A stretch of DNA of 63,747 nt, counting the filler, from Sphacelaria rigidula (taxonomy: Eukaryota), in NCBI GenBank assembly GCA_964200075.2. It is 7 parts of 7 records of this genome, joined end to end, with 100 filler letters (N's around TTAATTAATTAA, not from the genome) between each part and the next. Parts side by side here need not be neighbours in the genome. Positions count along the whole stretch, not along the records: positions 1 to 9,022 come from CAXNAA020009486.1; positions 9,123 to 18,144 come from CAXNAA020009487.1; 5 more parts are not named here. One strand, given 5' to 3'. Each line of letters starts with the position of its first letter. Position 1 is the first letter of the stretch. The notes under the pieces were generated by a model. It was not told where the DNA came from and did not search any database. It saw nothing but the letters and a program-made list of their open reading frames with translations. The position numbers and the translations under genes are program-made. Below are positions 1 to 12,741 of the stretch, piece after piece.

Positions 1-60
1 CCCCCCGCCGTTTCCTCCCACAGAGACGGGGGGCTCCCCGGGGTGCGGCGCGAGGGGAGC

Positions 61-313
61 GAGGGGGGGGGGGGGGGGGGGGGGGGTTGATTCCACGAAA
101 AAACGAGCTCGACGGGTGTGTCAGACGACCGGATATACCCGCGGTGCGCTCGTATTTGGGTAACAATGCTGTCAAGCAGTATGAATGAGCGTTTTTTATC
201 GGTAACACGCGCTCTCGAACCACTGCTTCTTCGGACGACGATTCGAAGTGGGATTTTGTGCATGAAATGATCCCAAATCCCCCCCCCCCTTCCCCCCTAC
301 CGTAGCATGACTC
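61..313. mobile_element. MITE family A, partial copy (right TIR CCCCTACCGTAGCATGACTC)
   Basis: Body and terminus align by eye with copies at 17733, 57868 and 62501. The 62501 copy has both TIRs. Confidence 0.7.
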
Positions 314-940
314 TTGTGTCGGGACGCAACAGAGGATCCTCACGAAACAAGAAAAAAATGAAAACAGGCATGTACATCGTTCCTTCAAGTAGTACCGTGC
401 GTGAGATGAAAAATACAGAAGAGGAGCTGAACAGGAGCACGACAATATCCGCGATTGACACAATTTCGGAGGTCAACTCGCGAACGAAAACCTGTCATCT
501 GATACACGAGACAAATCTCATCAAACTTGGGCCGTGAATCAGTGTTTCTCTCGTTCTTGGTGCATTTATATATTTTTTTTTTAACTCACTTTAATATCAA
601 GTTCTGTATGTATATGTGCATACATGGTCGACGGAGTTCAGTGGCCAAAGACAACGGTATCGTGTTTTCTTCCCCTAAAAATAATAATCCAAGCCATCCT
701 ACCCCAACCCAAATCCAATCCTCATTCCCCCCATGATAATACCACCTCATATTTATTGATATCGAAAACTGTAGGAAAAAAATCCAAGGAGTACGCCATG
801 AAGATGGACTCATGGAAAAAAAAAAAACGACTCACCAACTACCCTACCCTTGACAGCGAAATTTCGGGGGCCTCACCACCAACTCCTGCAGAATAATTGC
901 TTGGCATGAATCTTCTGGTCGGTCCTAAACTAGAGTCAAA

Positions 941-1066
941 CAACTTTTGGAGTGAACCCATTGACGCTTTTTGTTTCTGTGAATCGGCGTCATTTTGATT
1001 CTTCTTCGAGTCAAAATGGTGCCGATCCACAAAAACAAAAATCGTCAATGGGTTCCAAAAGGGTTG
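941..1066. repeat. ~125-nt imperfect hairpin in myosin intron
   Basis: GAACCCATTGACG...CATTTTGATTC pairs with GAGTCAAAATG...CGTCAATGGGTTC around a short loop. Confidence 0.8.
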
Positions 1067-1270
1067 AACGCAGAAAAGAAAAGGAAGACGGCCCAGTCAG
1101 CATGCATGTTCATGTCCACACCAGACCCCACCACTGCAAAAACAAGCAGGGGCCTCATGCAACCTACTCCACCCACATAACACCACTGTATCCGTCAGCC
1201 ACATGATGAATGGATCATCCATCAGGCGGTGATGGAGGAACGGATTGTTGCGGTAACACCACGTTTTATG

Positions 1271-1700
1271 GCAACCAATCCGTATTTGTACAAATATGAG
1301 GATTTCAGACCGTTTGAATCCGATTTTCTCCCGTAGATTGATTTTTGGGACCCCCAGACCGATGGGCAATGTTTTCCGCCCAGCACTGAAGAAACCAGAT
1401 CAATTCTGCGATTCTCTGGGCGCTGACTTTTGGTCCATCACCTTTCTGCCCAGATCGAGAGACTGCCGCATCTTCCTCGATTTGGGCTTCAGATTCAGGG
1501 AGATGCGGGAGTCCGATCTTAGCAGAAAGGTGGTGGCCCGAAAGTCAGCGCCCAGAGAATCGCAGAATTGATCTGGTTTCCTCAGAGGTAGGTGAAAGAC
1601 ATTGCCCAACGGACTGGGGGTCCGAAAAATTAATCAACGGGAGAGAATAGGATTAAAATGGGCTGAAATCCTCATATTTGTACAAATACGGATTGGTTGC
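1271..1700. mobile_element. 430-bp foldback element (MITE-like) in myosin intron
   Basis: Perfect outer inverted repeat starting GCAACCAATCCGTATTTGTACAAATATGAGGATTTCAG. Imperfect pairing continues to the centre. Confidence 0.75.
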
Positions 1701-1766
1701 AATACAAAGTGGTCTCACACCCTCGCCTACGATACCGACCCCATGATTCATGACTCCATACCATAC

Positions 1767-1910
1767 CTGCAAAAGCTGTTGCTCCAACGACTGTTCGTCT
1801 TCCGATACCGTCCGACCGGAGTGCGCAGCGCTCAAGTCAGCGATGAACTGAAGCACAAGCTTACACGCCTCCGACTTTCCCGCCCCCGATTCCCCAGTAA
1901 TCACAACACT
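1767..1910 (-). CDS. Myosin motor domain, exon 4 (P-loop)
   Basis: [23 protein letters not shown]...LEQQLLQ, containing the GESGAGKS P-loop. AG acceptor and GT donor, phase 0. Confidence 0.95.
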
Positions 1911-2257
1911 CTACAGGAGCGACCGCGGAAAAACAAAACAGGCGGGGAGCGGAGAAGTTGGAAAAGTGAGAAACAACGGTAACGCTCGTGAGATTTCGCA
2001 ACAGCCCTGGGCACTGTCGAGACAGCAGAACCAGTCGCGGCCTCAGTACACCCATCTACGAACCTGCCCACGTACACACAGAGCATACATATTGTGTAGC
2101 GAACCTAGGTCTCCTTCCACGACCGCTCTCACGAAGGATGGTATCCACCGTATGTGTGGAGCATCTCGTGTGTAGCTCGAAACAAACAAAACCGACCTCC
2201 GGGTTATTCGGAGTACTGGAAAACAACCTTAATATCCGGGGCAAAAGGTCCGCTTAC

Positions 2258-2356
2258 CTGTGGCTTGCGCTCATTGAGCATATCATAGTAAGCTCGGTGA
2301 CCCACGGCAAACACATGGGGCGGCTTGCCTCTCGGCCCCTCCTTGTACCTCTCCAT
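2258..2356 (-). CDS. Myosin motor domain, exon 3
   Basis: MERYKEGPRGKPPHVFAVGHRAYYDMLNERKPQ (PPHVFA motif). CAG acceptor, GTAAG donor, phase 0. Not in the supplied ORF track. Confidence 0.92.
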
Positions 2357-3615
2357 CTGTTTCAGCGTTGTTCAACGGTGAGAAATTTGACGCAGTCAAC
2401 GGAGGAGGGAAGTAAATCAAATGTGAAATCAAGTTCAGGAGATGAAGTAGGAACGACTTGTGGCTTCCATCGTACAGATTTCGGATCACTTTTGTATGTT
2501 CACAGCCTGAATCCGGGTTATTTCCTACACTCCCAGTGCGTCATTTATTTCCCAGGTCTACACTCATCCCCGGCGTCTTTGCGGTGAACAACGGAATGCT
2601 GACGCCGAAAATGAAAATACTGTAGCGACACACACAGGACTGTATTATATATGCTGATCAATTGATCCATGCTGGATTTCATTTTCCGAAAACAGGAACA
2701 AAACAAGATGTAAAACACAGAATGCCTGATATCCACAACGAGATAAAAATAGACATGGAAAACGTAGCTCGCATCATCCTTGCACTCCGCCAGCCGCTGC
2801 TTACGCAACACACAGAAACCTCTGCCCGACGCAAATTCCAAACGCGACACGACTCAAACATCAAGTCCGAGCACCTTCGACGATACCAGGTGAGCCACAG
2901 ACTGTAGCCACCACTCCCTGCCGAAACCGATTACACATATCTCATAAACATCGACAACCTGCACAGGTGACCTTAATAGATGGCAACACCATTTTTCGCG
3001 GAAAGAGGCTACCCTATTCACATCCATCATGTTAACATTCACACACATCTTTTTCGCCACACGTCCAATCCTTCCTCTCGGGAAGCATCCATGGTCTCAA
3101 GGGATCAATCCCAACCCCTCCTCCGTCACACACCCTACAATGGGTACCGCATCAACTCAGGTCGAATAACCTTTACTTGCTGCTCACATCCCCACATTGT
3201 CAAGGACGGGTTCACTGTACATCTACCCCAGTGTCATTCTCTGGAGCAATCAAATCGTCGCCTTCTTGGAACATTATCTCATCTGCAGTACAGCGGAGGG
3301 TCCCAGCATAATGGGGCGAGTCGCCAGCGCGGCATACCAACACTAAGCAGGGACCCTTGCAAGATACTGGTTCAAAAAGTGTGACACACTTGATTTTAGA
3401 ACAACGAATTGGACTTGTGGCAAAAAAAGTTGACCGCAATGCGAAGGGACGCCAAACTGCACCCCAATAGTATACGATGTATATCACCCCCTGAACATAA
3501 CCCGGGGTGATAACTTCCCCCACCCCAAAACTTCGTTACTCGGAGACATCTATTTTCAACAGAAGGTGTCACATTAACAGTTTTCGTGGAGTCTCGATCC
3601 ATGCTCCCATCGCAC

Positions 3616-3840
3616 CTGCTGAGGGGTGTAGAGCGGCAAGGGCTTGAACGGGTTGACCGAAACCAGGATGGTTCCGATGTTCGAGTAGATCCTGTCCTTT
3701 CGGAAGCGCGTGCGCAGGATGTTGAGGAGCGAGTTCTCGTTGAGATCGTCCAGCACCGTCAGGTTATCCACGTTCGCGTCCATGGACTGTGGGTCGCACA
3801 GGCTGCAATACGCGCTTTCCCGCCCGCTGAGGATCCGAGT
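3616..3840 (-). CDS. Myosin motor domain, exon 2
   Basis: TRILSG...DNLTVLDDLNENSLLNILRTRFRKDRIYSNIGTILVSVNPFKPLPLYTPQQ. TAG acceptor, GT donor, phase 0. Confidence 0.95.
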
Positions 3841-4580
3841 CTACTCTCGCACCCGTGCGTTCGTCGTGGATTGCAATTGGGTGACAGGGAGAAAGGAGAG
3901 AAACACGAGAAATAAGTGATGAAATGAAGAAAAAATAGAGCGCAGTTACTTGAGCCTGTGGAATCTAGTAGGTATTTGGATGCAAAACGCAGAGAATGTC
4001 TTGAAGGGAAAACAGGTGGACAGGCATTTAGCTACTTCGCTTGTGTGTGGTTGCTCAGGATGAAACACACGAAAACCTACAGCACGCGCACAGACAGCCC
4101 TGTAACTGTAGTTGGTGTAAGAAAATGAACGTTTCTAGGCATACCAATATTGGAGCCGATTTTCACGGAGCCAGGCATGCCCTCCTATACCAACCACAAC
4201 TCGTCTTTTTTGCCCCCTGAAAATTCTTGACAAAAGTCAAGGAATACCGTAGCTCCTACAGCCGCGAGGATTGTCTCACGAGCAATCAAAAAAGTTTCGG
4301 GCTGACCACAACAGGCAATCAACACACAGAAAAGATACCAAGAGATGATGGTAATGTCGCGCCAAAGAGGAGGAAGAGATGTGCGCCATTTTTGTTTTTG
4401 CCATGTTTCAATTTGCTACGGGATTGTACTCCTTTTTTCTCACCCTAGGAACAGTTTTCAGTCGACAGGCTGCATAGAGTTGCTCAGAGGTCTGACTGAA
4501 TCTGGCAGCGCAATTCCTTGGGCGTACGGTATCTCTCGTGCACCATTTACAAGATGATCAGGCACAAAAGTAGTGCAAGA

Positions 4581-4842
4581 AAGCAGGGTTCAAGTCACAA
4601 TCTCGTGGGGGGAGAAGGCCATTGGTGAAGTCACGGTACAGTACAACATGACTTGTGCAAGAAAATGAAGTTTGTATAAAACGACATACCTACGTTTTCG
4701 AGTGATACGCAATATCCCCCCCCTGAAAGGTAAATAACATGAAGGGCATCATGAGTCTCAGAGTACAGTTAAAAGAAGCTGGGTTCTTATCACAATCTCG
4801 TGGGGGGAGAAAAAAAAAGGGCATTGTTGAAGTCACGGTACA
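4581..4842. repeat. Local diverged direct repeat (~60 bp, two copies)
   Basis: TCACAATCTCGTGGGGGGAGA...GAAGTCACGGTACA occurs twice. Confidence 0.6.
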
Positions 4843-5339
4843 AGGCGTCACTTGAGCGTAAAAAATGTCGGAACGCTGTGCATTAATTAAATAAACTATT
4901 AGTTCGGTATTTTCTCGTGAACTGAATAAGGAAAACTTTTGTGACTTCTTTCATCTCGATACCTGCATGAGTATTGTACTTCGTATTACACAAGTCACAT
5001 GGAAAACAAATGCACATGCGAACCAAAACGAGGCTACAACGCAGCAACACAAAATCGAGAACACTTTATGTGTAGTGAATATACACTCCCACCTCACCTC
5101 CCGCCCCCCCCCGTCTCCTTCCAGGAATTCGAGTACATCAAATGCTCCAAATATAATTCAAGAAACACTGCTGATTACACTTGGAGGCAGTCGATAGGAC
5201 TCATCGCGGACATTTAAAGCACTTGCTGCTTCCATCGCGAGTCGCCAGGATAATCAAACTGTAGAACCAATACTTGAACAGATCTTACCGTGTTTGCCAC
5301 GGTAACAGTACATCCTCGACGTGGAAAAAAAAAACGGTT

Positions 5340-5708
5340 TGTGTGTAGGTGTGTGTTTCCATCTCATCTATTCTGGACGCTGGTCTACACCTTTCGGTAT
5401 ATGTGGGCGCATCAGTCGGGATCACAAAGTAAAAAGCTTCACACAGGAGGGTTTCCCCCCCCCAACTTTTCAATACTTCACCTTCCTTTTGCGGTACTTG
5501 CCTTCCTATTTGTAGCAAGAAGGGTTCGGTGGTCCTTCACCTTCGTCGACCGTAAAGTCGAACTATATCTACCCACATGGTCACCCTCTACTGTGGGGTA
5601 TGATGTGAGTACAAATCTCAGATCGTGCGACTTCACCTACATTCAAACCCACGTCCCAAACGTCAAGAGGGTTTCACGGTTACTAACTGAGCCATCGGGG
5701 CGATCACC
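5340..5708 (-). mobile_element. tRNA-derived SINE family 1 with (CA)n tail
   Basis: A-box-like TGGCTCAGTTAG and degenerate B-box. Body shared with 56081-56435 and 56897-57306. Confidence 0.7.
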
Positions 5709-6019
5709 TTCTATATCGCAGGACATGCCAGACACGCACAGAGCAAGTCCTCCACGTCGTGTTGTAATTTACTTTTCGTTCAAATGTTTTCCTTATCCTC
5801 ATACCCTTATACCCCGAGCCTCCTCCCTTCCTGGGGAGGAGCCGGCTGTCTCGAGAACCTAATCAACTCACCTCTTCTCCGTTCATTGGGTGAACAGATG
5901 AGGTCGAGTCGAGACATGATGCACCCTGGCGGCCAACGGGCTGACCCTCCCTTATCGTACACTTGCCAATTTACAGGATTCAACAATTTTTTTTCACACA
6001 TCGAACAGCTTCCACTCAC

Positions 6020-6148
6020 CGCGCCATTCTCCAGAATTACCGTAGCCCGCTCTCCCAGCCGAAACGCCACCTTCGCTTTCGCCGGCAAAACCACCTCATC
6101 TTCGTCCGGGATCCAAACCCAAGACCCGGATTCGAAAAACGTCGACAT
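6020..6148 (-). CDS. Myosin, exon 1 (N-terminal SH3-like region)
   Basis: ATG at 6148, MSTFFESGSWVWIPDEDEVVLPAK...ENGA, GTGAGT donor. Phase 0, in frame with exon 2. Confidence 0.85.
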
Positions 6149-9022
6149 CTCGACTCGGTCTCGTCGCAATACAATAAAATAGTTTTTCAGAAGCGACACA
6201 GAAAAGCAGCTCCACTAGGCTTTCGATGTGTTCCACGTACGTACGAGAGTGTTGTCTCTCGTTTTCCTTCTCCTATCTTCCCTTCGAGCAAGTAAAAGCA
6301 CCAAAGGCCAACGAAAGAGCCCACAAGTCAAAACGGGACAGACAACAGCCGAACGACGAAGGAACCCCCCTTCACGTTTCAGTTCCGTTTTCAGTCCACC
6401 TCGCCCGTTTCCTCTCCCTGCGCAAACGCAAAAACGCCCGGCTCGAGAGTGTCTATGGATAGGTGGGCGGATAAGGGATGGCCCCGTACAAACACGCTTG
6501 GTCCTCCTCGCCTGGTCCCGTCCCTTCCCGTCTCGTCTACCGGAAAGCACTTGACAAGAACAACGTGGGACCCCCGACCGCAGACGACTAGCCTGCGTTA
6601 TTGCCGCTACGGTGCACACGGCAGGGGGTGTCGAGATCCTGTCCGGTAACAACAACACCGCGAGACGTCGAGCAAGCACATGCATGTACACAACAAACGA
6701 CGGGGTGAAACTGAAGGCCATGGATTTTGGGGGGGGGGGGGTCGAGAACCGTGCGCGTTGTGGAAAGAGACGAACGGCGCATGACCTAGGGGCAAGTGTG
6801 AGAAGCTGCGTACACATTTCACAACAAAAGGCACGAGGGAGAGGAGACAGAGGAAATCCTACGAAATTTCCGCACGTACCACCCTAGGTTTTGTTGCGTG
6901 GTTGGTCATGCCTCACGTTACCTGTGACGGCGGCAAACACACACAAACACACACGGTATATTCGGAACAATTATGGATTGTTGGTCCTACCAGACGGCGA
7001 GAGAAGGTCTGTGGGATCGGGATGATCCAGATGGAATACCCTTGCAGTCAAAGGATTAACCCTCACATGCTGCTGATGCCTCTACTGAGTATTACAATGA
7101 CACTACAGACAGTGTGAAGCTATGCTGGCAACAAATTAGGCGTCAGAGAGGCGGCAACGACCACGAGCAGGGTAAAAAACATGATATTAGTGCACACGTC
7201 ATACCAAAATGGGAAATACCGCCAGAACACGAAGTTGTCCACCCGTCGTGTACCTGCAGGGAACTACATACTTATTTTGACGGCCGTGATTGGTCATATT
7301 GGTCATTCCGCGTCCGTCAGGCCTCGTTGCTGGCTTGGAATCTTCCGCGGGAAACTTAGTAACACACATCGTTGACTTGGTGAGATTCCCGGCTGATCTG
7401 CGGACATACCCCTATCTCCCTCGGCCACTGTAACCCCCCGGATATCTCCGGACTGCCAGTCTGTGAAACTGTTCCGAGGCGACGCTCGCTGTCTAAGGAT
7501 TACCGACACAAGAAAAGTTGAGAGCGCGCCGGGCCGTGAGAGTGTGAATAATTCCGAAGGTTTCGGTAATTATTTTCTGCGTTGTCCCCGCAAATGATTG
7601 AGAGCTGGTTGGCAACCAATTTCAAGGGAAAGAGAACACACAAACACCAAAGCAACCACAACCACTCTCACGGCGCGCTCTCACTTTCCTTGTCTCGTAA
7701 GAATACGGCCTCAGCACAAGGAACTCCTTTGATTGTTGCACATTGCCTCTTGGATAGCGAGCGTCGCCCCGCAACACTTTCAGAAGTTGACAGTCCAGGG
7801 ACATCCATGGGTCCAGGGGGCGGGGGGGTGGGATTTGACAGCGGGGAGGGTGCCTGTTTGAATAACAGCCGAAAAGCTCACGAAGTCAACCATGCGTATT
7901 GGGAAGATTCTTGAGAAAAAATACAAGCAAGGAACAAAGCCCGAGAGGAACAGAGTGAGAGGAACAGAGTGATGATTCATCACAGCCATCAAAATGATCA
8001 CTTTGTACCCCTACAGGTGGCACTACAGGAGAACTACTTTGCTGCCTACAGGCGTGTTTTAGCATCCTCGTTTGTGATCGAAGTGAGATCGAATTTATAT
8101 TTGTAGATCTGATAATTCCACCGCATCCATGTTTATACAAGCCTTTGAATCAAAAGTATAAGTAGCGGCGCGAGAACAAAAAATATTTGAGTCGGAAAAA
8201 ATCATTCTCGATCAAAAACGTGTCGTCGAAAGGCACGAAGCGGCACTTGACTCCCATCTTACAGACTATCACGCCAGAGTACACCTGTTCACAGGACCAT
8301 GCAAACCCCATCTCACTCATTCTCAGCTACCACCGTAGCCCTGCAGCATAGAGCACGAGTTGAGCTCAGGGATAGATACACTGGAGTAGTTGGGTGTGTT
8401 TTGTTTACTTTTGGTGGCGAACACTTGCGTATCTTCTCTCATGGTATACGTATCAGCGAAGGAACTGCGTGGTACGGTGGGCAATCGAGCTGCGTGCAAG
8501 CTCATGGACAGGGCAGGCAATATAAAGCTGCACGTTGCTGGAGTCCTCTTCACGTCGCATTGTAAGCAGAGCGAACTGATAGTGCTGGGCTATCTGCACT
8601 TCACGCTGCCCGCTTCTCTTTTCTATCCTCCTGTACGAAACCCGAACACACGCACTCAAGACACTGCTTGCAAGGAGTGCAGACTGTACAGCCCGTCTGT
8701 ACTGTGCACGAGTGACCACGTACCGTTTCACGAATTTCTCCGTCTTTCTTCGATCGAAAGCTTGAAAAAACATCTGGACCCAACTGCATTATGAGAAAAA
8801 TTCGCTCAAATCGATTCCACCGCTCCATGTTTTCGATCGAAAAAAAAGAGTCAAGACAAGCCTTATCGAAAAGGACCTTGAAGCGGAGAAGAGCAGAGCA
8901 TGGGGCCAATTTCATCGAGGGCGGAATACTCTTTTTTCTGTCGGGTTTTTGGAATGTTTCAAGGGTCGGACAAATAATGATTCGTCTGGAAATTACTTGG
9001 TTTTAGTATCATGAGTCGACTC

Positions 9023-9122
9023 NNNNNNNNNNNNNNNNNNNNNNNNNNNNNNNNNNNNNNNNNNNNTTAATTAATTAANNNNNNNNNNNNNNNNNNNNNN
9101 NNNNNNNNNNNNNNNNNNNNNN
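9023..9122. other. Contig-join spacer (N44-TTAATTAATTAA-N44)
   Basis: Six-frame stop linker flanked by Ns. Confidence 0.98.
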
Positions 9123-11468
9123 TAAAGTCATCGTGCATAGTACCCGGAACTCAAACAGGTATATCACTAGACTGTTGTACCTTACCCTGACTTGGTGTAT
9201 CTTACTGGACACCGCAGGCCATCCTACGAACACCCCCCCGTAGACTGCGTGTGTCAAGAGTAAGGTTCATGGACCATACTTGGTGAACAGAACTACTCAC
9301 CGGAAAAAGAACTCTTCCGCTCACGGCGCATTCAACAGGTGCATTCAACAGGTGTATCCTCTCAAGAAATGAATTTCATCAGCAATCGTAAAACAACCGA
9401 AAATCCCGAAACTCGTTACTTCTTCCAACGACTATGGGACCAGCCAAGAGTCAAATACATCGGTACATTTCTTTTCACACTAAGACAAAAACAGGGATTG
9501 ATGAGCTGTGTGTTTTACCACACTGTAGCTCCTGATGGTCAACCCAAGCGAAACGCAAGTCAAATTCTTCAACTGTACTAGCCCATGCCCCTTACAATAG
9601 CGTGGGTGGTCGTACTTAGCATTCGAGTAACCTGCACTACGCACGCGAGACCAAGCTCCTACGTAACATATATGAACCCACACAACACATTTGCAGTTGA
9701 CAACTTTCGTAACTCGGATCACATGTTGCAAAATCCACTTCACAGTCAGTCAGCTGCCTACAGTACAAGAATCAAATTTCAGATTCAAATTTTGTAATCC
9801 ATACTACAGTAGTGCCTACGTCATCAAGTCAGACTAGACACTCACTACATCTACTCAACCCCTTATTCCCCCTCGGTGACCGGCGGAGCAAAGCAGCTCA
9901 ACGCCTCCAGACAAAACACACGATCAGAATCAGCCCCCCCCCAATTCTTGCTAATCAAAGTCTTTCCCCCCCCGCTTCTTGGCCACGGGGAAGGAGTGCT
10001 GCATTCATCATCCTTCCCCCATAGCGGGGAGATTCGCAGCGAGGGGTTGATCCTGATCCTGGCCGGTCACCACCCTCCAAAACCAACCGTCACGTCATGC
10101 TCGTCTCAGTCTTACAGACAGCACCTGTGTCAGACAAAAATGGTTTTTGGAGGCTCAGCGTCTCACATATCGTGCAGACCCGAGGGGAATGGGCAGTGGG
10201 ACAACAGAAAGGAAAAGTATTAATATCCATGTCACTCAGGCGCGTCAATCACCAACCGATGAACATACTTTTACCACGTACCGTACTGTGGTGTCGCGTT
10301 ACGGCAGTCGCGAACGCACACCCTCATATTATACCCGGATTTAGCACTATTATTTCAACTCTTCACTTCTCCATCACATACAACACATGGATCAAACGGC
10401 AGTTCGGCCGCTACCATCCTGGCTGCATGAAACAGTGCACTTTGCCTTTTACATGCCGGGCCAACATGTGTAAACCTGTATGGAATTCGCCTGGCCAGCC
10501 AACCGAGCAACGACCAGCTCCCATATGGGTGATACAATGCACTCTTGTTTTATCATGCTGTGCACATGAACCGCATCTCGCTCATAAAGTCAGCTCTATC
10601 TATTAGCCATCAAATATGTGTCATATGCGTTTTGCTGACCTGTAGCACAGGAATTTCGTTTGTGCCCACAGTCACTCTTCCGATATTATCATGATCAGGC
10701 CAAGCTACTAGTATTGCGCTATACTCAGTCCTTGCTCCTACCATAATAACAAAGTCTCATCAACCAATCCAGTCAAGAAGCCGATGCCTCACGAATCCTA
10801 CACCTCTCGGAATGATAACAACTTTTTCGCTTAGATGTCGAGTTTCGGAACCCACCTCAAATTTTGTGGTCTTAACCATCATTCATCCACATACCCCTCT
10901 GCGGAACATTTTACCGACACTAGTCTAGGCAGACAGCAGTGCCCCACGTGCCTGTACTCACCAAGGCGACGAACAAGGTTCCACCTCAACCGATCGAGTA
11001 AGGGTGTGGTGCCCCACAGTCCTGCGCTCACCGGGGTGGCAACAATGTTACACATAAGCGTTGAGATTCGGCAACCATGTCAAAACATGTTCTCAACACT
11101 CTTCACGCACTTCACTCTGTGCAATTTTACCGACACCGTTCCACGGTCAAGTCAAGTCGCGGTGCCCCGCTCTCCTCACACTTACTAAAACGGCAGACGA
11201 TTTTCTATTCATCAATCGAGTCAAACACACGCGCAAAGTAGGTCTGCACTCATCGAGCCAGAAATTCGTCAAACATCAACACTGAGTTTCGGTGTCCATA
11301 TCAAAAATATGATCTCAGCGTTGTCCAGAGATATACAATATCTCGATCCACCTGGGCAACAACCTTTCCTTGGGTACATGAATCGATATCTGCATGACGG
11401 TCACGAACACTCAAAACATAAAAACAAAGGGGTATTTGAGTCATGCATAGGTCTCATGCCATCATTTT

Positions 11469-11777
11469 TCAAAAGGCTTCTGCGTCCGCTTCCGAACATA
11501 CTGAAGAATCGGTACTACCCGACGACCCTACTGCCATCGCTGTATCTTCGTTTTCTCCTGTATTACAATCCTGATAAGAGTGTCCCTTTTTTCCGCATCT
11601 CATACAATGTCGTTCCGGACAGTCACGCGCGAAGTGTGTTGTTTTCTTCCTGCAAATCCAACATCGCCTCTCCTTTGCAGAACCATTTTCACGCCCGTCT
11701 AGTTTTGAATCCCCCGTACTTCCCGAGGTCCCTTGTAAATTCGTAAATTCCTTTTTCGACTTCCCTTGCCACTTCAC
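11469..11777 (-). CDS. Gag nucleocapsid region with two CCHC zinc knuckles
   Basis: CWICRKKTTHFARDC and CMRCGKKGHSYQDC. Confidence 0.75.
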   Translation of the reverse strand: MKWQGKSKKEFTNLQGTSGSTGDSKLDGRENGSAKERRCWICRKKTTHFARDCPERHCMRCGKKGHSYQDCNTGENEDTAMAVGSSGSTDSSVCSEADAEAF

Positions 11778-12355
11778 GGGGGTCCTGGCCAGTTTCCTGT
11801 GTCATACGGAAATATTTCCCGTCTTTCACGTGAGGCGCTTATGAAAACTGCGGCACTAACTTGTGTCAGGGAATCATCATCACGGAACAACGGCCAATTT
11901 TTCTCCTTACTGTCAAACTTCTCATCGAATCTTTCATCAACACGAAAACAACTCTTCACGCCTAGATGAGGGTAGTAAGCCGGGGACTCCTTGTTCATAC
12001 TTACATGGGCGGATCCATCGCCCGTGGATCCTCGGAGAGGGCCTGATACAATCCCTACACCGAGTGGCGACTGGACCCTCCCTGTTCCGGCACTGGCGAC
12101 GGTGTGCCTTCCGCCGCCAGCCTCCCCCTCCTCGTCCGCTGCCGCTCCGGGGCCAGTGGACGATGTCCCGCGCATTAACTGGGACACCATCATCGTCTTC
12201 AGCTCCGCCAGCTGCTCGGTGATATCCGTCACCGATCCTTGCAAGCTGGCGACCCTCTCTCTCACTTCCAGCATCTCCGTTGGAGACGATGTGTCTCCTA
12301 CGGCAGCCGAGTGTCTTTCCGCAGTGCTCCAGTCCGCCATCGGTCCCTTGGCCAC
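11774..12355 (-). CDS. Gag-like N-terminal ORF (coiled-coil, low complexity)
   Basis: 193-aa ORF just inside the 5' LTR, overlapping the knuckle ORF by 4 nt. Confidence 0.5.
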   Translation of the reverse strand: MAKGPMADWSTAERHSAAVGDTSSPTEMLEVRERVASLQGSVTDITEQLAELKTMMVSQLMRGTSSTGPGAAADEEGEAGGGRHTVASAGTGRVQSPLGVGIVSGPLRGSTGDGSAHVSMNKESPAYYPHLGVKSCFRVDERFDEKFDSKEKNWPLFRDDDSLTQVSAAVFISASRERREIFPYDTGNWPGPP

Positions 12356-12389
12356 AAAGCTCCCAAGTTGGGTAGGGTGGGCTCTAGAG

Positions 12390-12741
12390 TGTTTGTAGCT
12401 TGGTGACCCCTTGAGAGAATGGGGTGCAGACTCGACTCAGATAGTCGATCAATGGACACGACTGCGATAGTCGATCAATGGACACGGCTGACTGCCGATC
12501 AAGATGAGGTAGAAATGTATATAAAGCTTTGTTAATGAAGAGGGAAGGAAGGGGAGTGGGCCCTATGGGAGCCAACGTACCAAGATGCGACAAGCACCAC
12601 TCACGTATGTCCAGTCGCTAACATCACAATATAAAGTCATTCCGCGTAGTACCCGGAACCCAAACAGGTATATCACTAGACTGTTGTACCTTACCCTGAC
12701 TAGGTGTATCTTACTGAATACCGCAGGCCATCCTACAAACA
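12390..12741 (-). repeat. 5' LTR, 352 bp
   Basis: TGTTTGTAG...CTACAAACA inverted termini. Internal ~26-bp duplication ATAGTCGATCAATGGACACG. Confidence 0.85.

Larger units (their letters stand above)
9123..12741 (-). mobile_element. Degenerate/non-autonomous LTR retrotransposon (probably Copia-like)
   Basis: 5' LTR at 12390-12741 and truncated 3' LTR at 9123-9232 (9 mismatches in 110 bp). G7 polypurine tract directly before the 3' LTR. Gag CCHC knuckles present. Confidence 0.85.

Noticed and set aside
8457-8561. Possible + strand exon (TATCAG acceptor, GTAAG donor, 105 nt)
   Set aside because: No recognisable protein motif and no partner exon, so it cannot be supported
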